The notes beneath the pieces were generated by a model. The model was not told the DNA's origin. It searched no databases and saw only the letters and a program-made list of their open reading frames with translations. A program made the translations under genes and the position numbers. A DNA stretch of 64,000 bases from Geosiphon pyriformis uo1 (lineage: Eukaryota > Fungi > Glomeromycota): contig JAAOMT010000426.1 of assembly GCA_016748015.1 (NCBI GenBank), positions 210,057 to 274,056 of the forward strand. The letters run 5' to 3'. Shown here in pieces: positions 13,590 through 25,623 of the stretch (the stretch's first letter is position 1; the number at the start of each line of letters is the position of its first letter).

Positions 13590-15728
13590 ATGGAAATTTT
13601 GACCATTGACGGAGGACTTATGGAAGGTGGTGGACAAGGTATGGCAAGATTTTGGCAATGGATTTTAATTAAAGTCATATTGATTTTATCCGCCAAATTT
13701 ATTTTGAAATAGTTGTAAGAAATGCTGTAGCGTTTAGGTATATCTCTTCCTTAATTAAAATTACACATATCAACAATAATTCAAAATGGATTTTTTTCCC
13801 CAAGTTGTTTGTTAAAGAAGCCGATTAAAATCGAAAATATTCGGGCTAAACGTGAAAAACCAGGTAGCATGGTGGATTGTTTCGGCGCATGTTTAGGGGT
13901 GGCACTATTTGATCTTAAAAAAAAATGTAATAGGTTTAAAACCGCAACATGTGTCTGGTTTGAAATTGATGGGTGAAATTTTTCAAGCAAATGTGATAGG
14001 TGATGAGGTATGAATGAGCTTCCACTTTAAATGAGTTAAAAAATTTAACAAATTCTAGTTGTTTCAGATTGGTTCAAATCAAATTTTTTTCGAACCGAGA
14101 GAAGTGGCCGAGAAAAAGACTTTTATTGCTGATACAAAAACTGCAGGGTGAATTTGCGGAATAAATTATCGAATAAATTCAAAGTATTCACCATTTTGGA
14201 ATCTTCATAGGAGTATAACTCTATTGATTCAAGTTTCGCTCCCTCCTTTATTCCTCTCGGCACCGGCCTCAATGAAAGCGTTTGCATTGCCGCCAGAAGC
14301 CGTGAAGCTGATATTGCGTGGTGGTACCAGTGTTGACGCAGCCCCTCCTATCGACTATCTAATCGAGGTAGCATTTTTCACAAATGAAAATTTCCTTTTT
14401 TAAAAAGAGATCCTTTTTGATGCTTAGCATATAACTTTGAATATTTTAAAACTTTTGAACGTTCATGATGTTTCTTTTAGGTTTTTAGACCAATTGTGCA
14501 GCGCGAATTTGGATTGGATTTTCAAGTAGAAATAATTAGCAGAGGGTGAAACAATTTTTCTGAATTTATGCGTCAAATTACTCAAATTTCTTCTAAAATA
14601 TGTAACCCTTTGAATTAGCTATTATCCCAAAGGTGGCGGTGAGGTCATGGTCAGAGTTGAGCCATTAGTAAAAAAGACCTTAACACCTATTAATATGATA
14701 GAAAGAGGAGATATTGTTAGTATTATTGGGTGGGTCTTAATCTATATCTAAAAATTGATTACATTTGGGCGGTTTGATGACTTATTTCAAATTTAACTTC
14801 TAAAGGAGGGTGACAATAGCAAATGTGTCAAAACAGGTAAGTTAATCTTCTCAAATTTTTTTTGTCATTCCGACTCCTGAATACAAGTTGATTTTATCGG
14901 TAATTATTTGAGGTTGCTACAAAAATAATCGCTGGCGCCACAAAGATATTAAACAATGCCAATTTCAAAGGAGATTCTGGAACCACAATCAAACCACAAA
15001 TTGAAATAAAATCTGAGAAAATTATTCGTGGCAAAGGATTTGAACTGGTGTATGTATTTATTTCTTTAAACTTGCTTGATTTGAGAACTCGACCCGTTTT
15101 TTGAATCATACATTCTCAATAGGTTGTGGCTTGTAACGAGTACTGGATGTATTCTTGGAGGCCATGCAATTAGTGATAGAGGTAAACATATATAGAAGCT
15201 GAAAAGCAACTGATCAAGGATTTGAATTATTTTTATTTTTATCAAGGCTCTACCCCTGAACAAGTTGGAGAGAATGCAGCAGAAGAATTGATTCGTAACT
15301 GGAAACGTGGAGGATGTGTCGACGAGTATGCTGATTTTCTTTTCAAAGTTATATAATTTTTAATCCATTTACAAACGGCGTTATATATTCGTAGATACCT
15401 TGAGGATCAACTAATCATTTTCATGACGCTGGCTAAAGGAAAATCCCAACTTCTTACAGGTAGAAAAACTTTCAAGCTTTAGATTGTGGGAAAAACCAGC
15501 TCATTAATGGTTGCTATATTTTCCAAATTTCAAATCAAAACAGGTTCCCCAACTCTTCATACTCGTACAGCAATTCACTACGCTCAACTCATATCCGGTG
15601 TTCAGTTTGAAGTGAGAAAAATAACTGATTCTCAACATGGGGAAGAAGATTTTAACAATGTTGAAGATATAAATGACGCTTTTACCACGTATCTAATCGA
15701 GTGTGAAGGATTAGGGTTGATGTCATGA
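13590..15728 (+). CDS. RTCA: RNA 3'-terminal phosphate cyclase (RtcA class), multi-exon
   Basis: Spliced manually: [50 protein letters not shown]...TAGSITLLIQ...[14 protein letters not shown]...[11 protein letters not shown]...TSTGCILGG...[19 protein letters not shown]...TLHTRTAI (adenylated His)...[11 protein letters not shown]. More than ten short introns; frame intact at the junctions I checked. Confidence 0.93.
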
Positions 15729-16067
15729 AAAAATTTTCGATCAAATCTATTCGAGATTTTTAAAAAGAATCAAGTGGGGAAGTATAATTTCATCGCGTAT
15801 TTAATATGAAACTCGGTTCCAATAAAATTATACTTTTAAAATAATAGTATTCCTTATAATTGAATCTAACCAAGAACACCATCTTTCCTGATTATAGGAA
15901 AATTTAGCAAATTTTCATATAAACATATATTTAAATTAAAAAAGTCATATGACAAGGGTTCGAGAAATGCATTAGATCACCACTAAAAGTTCTTGAATCA
16001 CGTGAAAAATTTTAGTAAGATCAAGTTATATACCCTTTGAATAGTTTTAATTTTACAGATTAAAAAA

Positions 16068-17367
16068 ATGCCGAGTGATGTCCTTACCACGCAATTTGTA
16101 TCAGCTTTTGAGTATATTAGCAATATTACCTCCACAAAGCTCTCTAATGATGTCAAGCTAAAGGTATTAGAGTATAGCTATCCTTTAAACCTTAATGTTT
16201 AAATATTTTTAATTTAAAAAATTTCGTTGCAACTTTTTTTAATAAACAGCTATATGCATACTACAAAAGTTCAACTATTGGCCCATGCAATACTTCCAAA
16301 CCTTCACTTTTTGAATTTACAGCGAGAGCAAAATGGGAAGCGTGGAAGGAAACGGGGGAGATGAGTCAAGAAGAAGCTATGACGCGATATATTGATATTG
16401 TTGAGCAGGCTAATATTGGGTGGAAAAAGAATCGGGAAACGAGTGACGATAGCGAGGAATCAGAAACAGATGAAGAACAAGAAAAAGAGGAAGCTAAAAA
16501 TGCTGTAATTATTAGAAGTTTTCCGATCAATTTAATTCCCAATTAACTGAACGAACAGCAAAATACAGACATCAAATCGAAACAATTTTCACGGAGTCTC
16601 AGTATCCAAATTATCATACGAAGAAGATAGTGAAGACGAAAAAGCGAATATGTTTGTATAAATTTTTGTTAGCTTTTGAAAATCCTCAAGTTATAAATTT
16701 CAACATCACCAATTGTTATCAATTACTTTTGCCCATAAATTCATATTTTGGCAGAATCGATATTTTCTTTCATGCGAAACAAGGAAATTTATCTCGGCTG
16801 TTGCAGTTAATAGATTCAGGCTCAGTAGATATAAACTCTAGGAATAGAGAGGTAATTTCATAATGCTTTTTATCCTAAATCATGTCATTTTCAATGAAAT
16901 TTGAAAATTCTTAATCTAAGGGATTAACAGCATTACATTGGGCAAGTGATGGCGGCCATCTAGAGGCTGTAAAATTGTTGATTGAAAAAGGAGCTAATGT
17001 GAATGCTTTGGTAATTGTTCTTTTGATCATTTGAAGCAAATTTATTATTATTAAAAACCCGCTAACCAAAATACTCAATAGACCAGTGAAAAAGAAACTC
17101 CATTACATTATGGTATGCATGATTCTGAATTCCTATCTCTGTCACATTTTTTAAGGTCAAGCTGTACTCTATCGTTAAAATTTCAATTTTTTTTTACGTA
17201 TAGCATGCTTAGCAGAACAAATCGAAGTTGCAAGATTACTTTATCGTTCTGGAGCAGACCATGCTATCATAGATGAGGAAGGATTAACAGCATTTGAACA
17301 TTGCGGAGAAATATTTCGAGATTTGGTTATAAAAGATAATGATGGTTCTGATTTTAAATTTAACTAA
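16068..17367 (+). CDS. Acyl-CoA-binding domain plus ankyrin-repeat protein (ACBD6-like), multi-exon
   Basis: ACBP signature LSNDVKLK/LYAYYKSSTIGPCNTSKPSLFEFTARAKWEAWK...MSQEEAMTRYI, acidic linker, then ankyrin repeats GLTALHWASDGGHLEAVKLLIEKGANVN and ETPLHYAC...LLYRSGAD. Stop at 17365-17367. Confidence 0.9.
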
Positions 17368-20147
17368 ATAATTATAGCTCCATGGATATAAATTGAAGAT
17401 GAAATAAAATTTACATCTTTACATATAAATCAAATATTTTTTTTAACTTTAGCATGGTCATAATTTTGAGTATTTGGTGAAGATGACAGTTCATATTTAA
17501 ATTCCATGGGTGTTTTCATTAAATATTAGCAGTTAATTTTTTTTGTATATTACAATTTAATTTAAAATTTTTCATATTTGTATAATGCATAATTTTTTAA
17601 ATGGAAACATTTTATTTTGCTTATTAATAATGAATTTTAATGAAAAAATCAATAATAATAAAAAGAGCTAAAATTAAAATTGTGTTATATTTTGTTTTTA
17701 CAATGTCAAAATTTTAAACATAATTAAACCAATTTATGTTGTTTAAATTTGTGTGTTTTGAAATTATGAATATAAATTCATTATTTTTATAATAATTTCA
17801 TATAAACTCAAATATTAAATAAAAGATTTTCCATGTTAATAGTTATTTTGCATAAATTAAGATAATATACTTTATTTATTTATTTATTTATATGATTAAT
17901 TGATTAATTAAAATGACACATATACATTTTTTATATTTAATTATAATTATAATGGGCTATAATACATGTATTAATATTTTAGTAGTTTTTGCCATTAAAT
18001 AAAATTTGTTTTTGTAATAATTTTTTTTAAAAAAAAATGATGATCAAAAGGTTGCCTAACAAAAAAAACCGGGAATTTTCGAACCTTCTGTTCGTCCCAA
18101 TCGACAATTGGGCAAAGATGGTTAAAATATCTAGTTGATCATTTTATGAGCACACAACCGTATTTCGAAGTCACTTTAAGAATGATTAGATCTCTTTTTC
18201 TATCTAATATATACCTTTTAAGTTTTAATTAGTAAAAAAGAAACCCTCTTCATCTTACAACCTTTCTATATAAACCTTCAAATGTCTTATCGAAGAAGCG
18301 TTAAGAACCATAGTTAAAAGTGATCCTTTAATGAGATTTCCCTGGCCCCAACCTATAAAATTTGAGTTTATAGTTAGAGTTCCAATTTCAAATAAATGTC
18401 CTAGATATATGTGTTTTAATTTACCGGTATGAGAAATAATAAATTATTATCAGGGTACAATTGAGTTGATCATTTTTTTTTTTCATATATATATACATGT
18501 ATATAAACAGTTTTATTTGAAGCATATAACTTCTTATTAAAAACATGACAATATAAAATTTTATACTATAAAAAATATCACTAAAATGAAAACGTACTAA
18601 GCCTGCTTACTCGGGATTTCTAAATTTTATCTTGTGTTATAAATATTTAGATCAGATTTAGTGTAGTTTTAACGTGTTTTTATTCAGCAAAACAATTTCC
18701 CAAGTGTTCTTCCGTAATTCATATGTTCAATAGTTTTATTACCTATGAAATAATAAAAGTCTTTTTCTAAATTTTAAAAATGAAGAAAAGCGACCAATTC
18801 GTATATTCTTTGGAATAGACTTGCACTTGTGGACTGCTGACATATTAAATTTTATTTTTTGAAATAAATTCCTTTAATGCTTTCAAATTAATATCACCTA
18901 AACCCTTTGACCTTTTAATATTAACTATTATCAAAAATATTTTTTAAATAAATAATTAAATAAATAAATTAAAAATCTTTCATCTCATCAAAATTCGTTA
19001 ATTCTCAAACATTTGAGAATTAACCATTTTTGATTTTTGAATGTAAGCCCTTTATGATCATCGCTATCGAATAATTCATGATTCTATAGGAATCTTCTAA
19101 AATATGATAACAACATCAACTCCTAAAGGACTTTTTGGAGATTAGCGTAGAACTAATGATCACCGGAATTATTATTATTATTATTATTTTTTTTAAAGAC
19201 AATCTGGAAATTCTACATAGAAAATTAAAAAACCAAAATGATTTAATTGAACATCGGAAAATTTCAAGGTGATAAATGTTATCCTCCAATATTTGGTAAT
19301 TTAGGAATGAAAAATGGTTTTCCCATCGATTCGGTAAAGTCTTATAAATTTTCATTTAAACAATAAAAATAGCTAAGGAAAAAAAACGAATGGACAAAAA
19401 TTATTATATTTTAAGTTAGAACTTTTAATATTTTTCATGTAAACTAATGGGATGATATAATCCTTTCGCGAAAAAGGCAATAAATAACTGATTATATATC
19501 AATTGTATATCGGATTTCTTTAGTTTTAATTTATGGCCAATTTTTTCCTTATGGTTTCCAATTTTCCAGTTAGATCTTAAAAAAAAAAAAAACTCTTGTG
19601 ACTGCAATAATGATAAAAAAAATACACACACACATACTTTGATAAACATTCTTTCTTTCCCGATTTTCTCATTATCATCTGATTTACTGTGGCCTCGGCA
19701 TTCATTGCCACGTAGAGTGATACATATGATCATAATATTGTCACAATCTAAACTGTGCCAATATAAAAAAAAACTATTTAGCCCAAAATTTGAATCAATG
19801 AAACACCATTTACTATGCCCCCACCCCCCCCGGATTTGCAAGCAATAAAAATCATTATGCTGAGACAAAATACATGTAAATTGGTCTTTTACGTAACAAG
19901 AATTTTTTCGTATAAAATGAGCACAATAGCTGTAGAATTACGTATCCCATCCCATCCCAACGTTAACCTTTTGTTCCCAATTTTTATCTAAATAAAACGT
20001 CAAACAGGTGGATATATTGTTCCAGCAAAAAAGAATAAATAGCGCAAAACAGTTTTGCACTAATTTTCTTGCTTTTGCCGATATTATTATTTTTTGGCCC
20101 ACAAAAAACCGATAAATATACCACTTTTATCAAGGCTATACGACAAA

Positions 20148-20519
20148 ATGAGTTTTCAACAACAACAACCTCTACCAGTCTCAATAGGATCTTTGTCATT
20201 AGGAGACCAACAACTAGAGCAAAAGACAGGACCGCAACAAAGTATAAAAGCCTTCCTTTACTTGGCAGTTATATCGGTATTTATGAGGGCTTCTATGGCA
20301 ACAGCTGGTCCATACCAAACATTAAGCCAAAGCGGTTATATTTCATCATACGAGCAATCAGTACTGAGAAACGAACACACCAATTCATTAATAGCACAAG
20401 GGTTATCATCTTTCTCACATGACGAAAGAGTAATGAAAAATTATGACCATTCTTTGAATGCTGGTGTTTTTGGAGTGATACTGACAGGCACTGCTGCTTT
20501 ATTGAATGGATGGGCATAG
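20148..20519 (+). CDS. Small uncharacterised protein with two hydrophobic segments
   Basis: Open frame with coding-like composition from MSFQQQQPL; hydrophobic stretches AFLYLAVISVFM and GVFGVILTGTAALL. A short further exon near 20600-20636 is possible. Confidence 0.5.
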   Translation: MSFQQQQPLPVSIGSLSLGDQQLEQKTGPQQSIKAFLYLAVISVFMRASMATAGPYQTLSQSGYISSYEQSVLRNEHTNSLIAQGLSSFSHDERVMKNYDHSLNAGVFGVILTGTAALLNGWA

Positions 20520-21578
20520 TATTTGTAAACGACAAGTGAGCGAGCGAGCGATATTTGTTGTGAATGCTAATTATAAAGAGATTAGGGGTTCAATTATAGT
20601 TGGGTGTTACAACCGAGGAAATTCCGGGTATATAGTGTGAGTTAAGGATTTCCAAGGTAGCAATTTAAAATTTAATCTTAATTATATCCCCGAGGTGTTC
20701 TGTACAGAAAATATCAAATATTTCCCCGTTACCAACTATTATTTTTATTTTGTTATTATTATCCTTTAAAATAATATCTTATTGTACTGATTCATTATCA
20801 TCAAACTCTAAAGTTTTCTCTGGAATATTATTCCCAATTTTGTAAATTTCTTAACTATATAAAATATTTTAATTTTTTCTTATAAATTCATTAGAATCAA
20901 TATTTAATAATATCCTTGAGAAAATTTATTATTTAGACTAACCTCAGCATTTTATCTATAAAACAAAACACCGTTAAACAATTTAATTTAATTGAATTGA
21001 ATATTAGACAAAATTTTGAGCCGAAAAATTTGGCTTCTTGAAATTTTTAATAAAATTTATTTTTCAAGCAAAGTTCAATCTTACTATCCATAATAATCAT
21101 TTCTATGAAAATTGTATGGGACCTTGTGTGCATTTTTTTTTATCATAGTTGCCAATCTTTCTATTTTCAATTTTACACAATTCCATCCAAAAATCCATTT
21201 TCAAAACTTCTTTTGACAATGATAAATACCCTGTAAATACCCTCGTCTTTGAAGCATTCACCCCCCCCCCCGCTCCTCCATACTCATAACATTCAAAAGC
21301 CGAGAATCTGTAAAAAGTTAGCACAGGTACCATTCCTGGAATGTAAATGTGAAAATACTCGAGAGAACAATGCAATGACTAACAAGGAATTATGATCTCG
21401 CATATAGGGGCTTTTGTTGATTAGATAATTGAAGTTAACTAAGAAGGATATACAAGTTTTGAGCAGGGATATTATCACAATTCAACAAAGCCTTGGCTTT
21501 TTGATGGTCAATTTCCAATATATTAGTTTTTTTGAAAATTGGTTTGAAAAAAAGTTTTTTCGATTTCGAAAAAATGAT

Positions 21579-21828
<250 letters not shown>

Positions 21829-24800
21829 CTAGGAATGATATATCTTATTCACAAGCATCACAATGAAATGTTTCATAGTACAATCAAAAAAAAGAGATTC
21901 AATGTCTGGGTAAAAACTCTTTTGTAGGAAAATCTTTTGAGAATCATTGACAACATTTTTATAATGGCAGGTCTGCATGTTAATCAATCACAAAGTTTTA
22001 TTAATTAAATAATCCTTTCACAAAAAACGGGATTTTTTTTTTTTAAAAAAAATCATTAAATATTTTAATATAGTCGGAGTATGCCTCATATGATTTTTTG
22101 CATCATCTCGACACTGATTACCACATTCCTGCATAACAAAGATTAACAAGTGGTGGTGTGAGTATGAAAGGGTAATAAAAGAATGAACTTATTTTAACCT
22201 TATTTAAAATTCAGTTCAACCTTTTTTTCCCCATTTTTGTGTGTATGAATGGTATTGAAAAACTAAAATAAAAAATAATGTACATTCAAAAAAACCCTGC
22301 CCCACCCCCCGTCCCCAAAGATATCTGAAATCTTAATACGTTTTGATTGGTTAGAAATATTTTAAAGATTCAAGATTTCATAGAATTTCATGGATAAAAT
22401 AAAATAAAATACAATTTTCTGCTTCTTAGAGTTATTTATTCTATGTAAAAAATGCGAGAAGCAGAAATAGAGATGTTGTATATTATATAATAACTATAAA
22501 AAGGTTTTCTTTTGGTTCGAATTACCACGCATACGCTAATCATATTAAATCATAAATTTTGGGCGAATTTTTTAAAATTGTGTGCTATTTAAGTCTAAGC
22601 CTCTTCCACAAGAAAATCTTAGATCCTCATAAAAATCACTTTTTCTATGCAAATTACTGTTTTCTCAATTGATCCGAGTTTTCAAATTAAAAATAAAAAA
22701 AATAAAAAATAAAAAAAAATAAAAAAAGTTTTTTCTCTATCACCTTTGATCTCCCCCCGGAACAAACTTACCAAGGGAAAAAATTTTTTGCATTTATTTA
22801 CAAAAGATTTCTAAATCACAAGCAGGCTTACATAAAAGAAAACTTGATCTATGAAATAAAAGCTTTCACAGGAACAATTTCCTCAATTAATCTGTTTCAA
22901 ATTGTTTTTGTTTTTTAGAAATAACTAAGCCTTGATTGTACAGCCTTTTTCTTTTTTCAACCCGATCTTTGGATTAATGAGATTTTTTAAATATTTTCAT
23001 GTGTCTGAATATTCCCTAATTTTTCTAATTAATACTCAGTTTACCCATCTTATTTTAACACAGCATACTTTTTTGTGGCTTTCTTTGATATACATCTTTT
23101 AATGAACCAATTTCATGTCTTTTCCAGTTATTGATGAGTACTTTATTTTTAATTGTTGTTGTTTTTTCAAAATTAATGAGACTAACTAAAAGGATGAATA
23201 TCGGGAATACGGAAGAAAAATATTGAAAAGCAATTAAATCCTACCTTTTGTTTTATAGAACGACAAACAATACAACAACCCTTAAAAATTCAAAGAGACA
23301 ACTTGTTTATGTAAAAGAACCGGATTATTCAATCTCTTGAAAAAAGAAAAAGATCAGAAATATTGATAGGCCAACAAATTGAGAGATAATTTTAAATGAA
23401 ATCATGAGTTTTATCGAAAAAATTTATATAGAATATTTCAATAAATTTTTGTTTTTTTTTTAAAAAAATAATTTATCATCTCAAGTAGAGAGTGTCCCCT
23501 TTATTCCACCTTGTATCGCTTAACCAATTGTTTTACTCCTAAAGAATTTTAAATCTATCATCATTATTAAATGACATGAAACCTATTAGGTTTATAACTG
23601 AGGGATTCTAGTTCGAGTGTTCAAATTCCCCAGAATCAATTTAGAATATAATTTTTAATGGACTTGAAATTTTATTAATAAAAGCAAAAATTAAACTTGT
23701 CTTTCTTTTTACTTTATTTTCAAAGCAGCAGATTAAGTTTAAATTTCAATTTTATAATTATTTGTTACTTATAATTAAAATTAAAATTCTATAATTACAA
23801 TCAATAAATTTAATAATAATAATATTATTATTATTTATTATTATTATTATTTATTATTATAAAATTAATTACAATATTTATAATCAATTAAAGTATTTGT
23901 TAAAAACTTTTTTTGAATTATTATTTTTTTTTAAATTATTTTAAACTTTTTATCTATAATTTATTTATAATCTTTTTTTTTGAATTTAGTAAACAAAATT
24001 TTATTAAAATTTAATCACATTGATACATTGAAATTTTGATTAAAATAATTTTAGAAAATTTTGTATTCAATTGAACATGATAATTCTCATATTAGCTTAA
24101 ACCCCACTGAATGATTAATAATTCTAATTGAATTAAAAAAAAATTTCGAATTCGAGGTTTGCTACAACTAACCTAAATTTACCTTTATTAGATTTGAGCA
24201 TATATTGTACAAATGGTCAAACCGTTACATTTAACTGTATCAATATTGTATTGTGGTTTCACCAACTCCACTTGGACCTGATATTTAATATGCCATTACA
24301 ATCTAATTTCTTCAATTGAATTATTTTTTATGTTTATGAATTAATGTTTCACTAATTGCAAAAGAAATACATGTAAATGATTTGAAATAAAATTTGCTTG
24401 CCTGCTTGCCTGCTACCAAATAACCAAAATTAATTGAAAAATGCACAAAATAATTTAACAAACCGTACAAAAGTAAAAGCTGAACTTTTGTTGTTTGCTT
24501 TTATTATTATTATTATTATTATTATTTATTTTTCAATGACTTGAATAAATAAGGTCGAACAAATGGCGAAACAAATCATGTATTAACCATGTTTACGATT
24601 AAAGTTTTCAATTTTATTATATTTAAATTAATTTTTATTTTTGAAAAATATGTAAAACATAAATAAATGTAAAGTTTTTAATTAGGAAAAATTTGTATTT
24701 CATTTCATTCTTACCTTTTAGAAAGTTTTAAAAGTTTTACAAATGAAAAATTATTTTTTTTTATGAATAATATTAATCGAAGAATTTTTATGAATTAAAA

Positions 24801-25623
24801 ACAAAACTTTGTTTAAATACCTTTTATTATTATTATTATTATTATAAAGAATTGATTTCAAAAAAAAAACCCCCCCTCCATTCTGCATCAAATACGTAAA
24901 AAACAAAAGAAACCATATTTTTGTTTTAACAAAGGTTTCTAATATATAGTTTTCTCTCATAATAAAAAAAAATTTTTTTTTTCTAGAAGCCAAGTTCAGA
25001 TTTCATTGACAATTTTAATTGATTGACTCGCATTACTTAAAAAACTTTCAATTGAATACAGAACAATTATGAATTTTTCCAAATGACTTACCAAAAAAAA
25101 AAAAAAGATAATCTTGAATTTTCATAATTTTATTTCTTTCCATTAATTCATAGAACCGTTGAAGCTCAAATTAACACCTCTGGGATTAATTTTTAGAAAG
25201 CTTGATAAAAATTAGGTACGGTTTATCTCAAAAAAAATGTTAAATAATGATAAAATTCATTTTTTTAAAAAAATAATTTATTTATTTATTTATTTATTTT
25301 ACAGTCAAATAATCTTGTGCCTAATTTATTGCGATTCATTTAGGATGTTAATGTTGTGCGAAAAAGCACTTATTAAAATGGGCTTTCAATTAGCATTCAC
25401 TTAATGAATCTGCCTTTTTTGATATGATACAACAACTTTAGAATGATATCGCTCGTGTCAATTTTTCCCCTTTGTTGTATCTTATGGGTTTTCATTATAT
25501 GCTCATTGCATATTAGATGATCATCATGAAATCCCAGATAAAAACATCTAATCCAATAAGAATTTTTAAAAGTTTTAAGGATCAAAAAAAATTTCCACCT
25601 TTTGTTTTTACATACCAAAATAA

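Noticed and set aside
23598-23635. tRNA-like or B-box fragment (GTTCGAGT within a short hairpin)
   Set aside because: No cloverleaf or A-box can be built.
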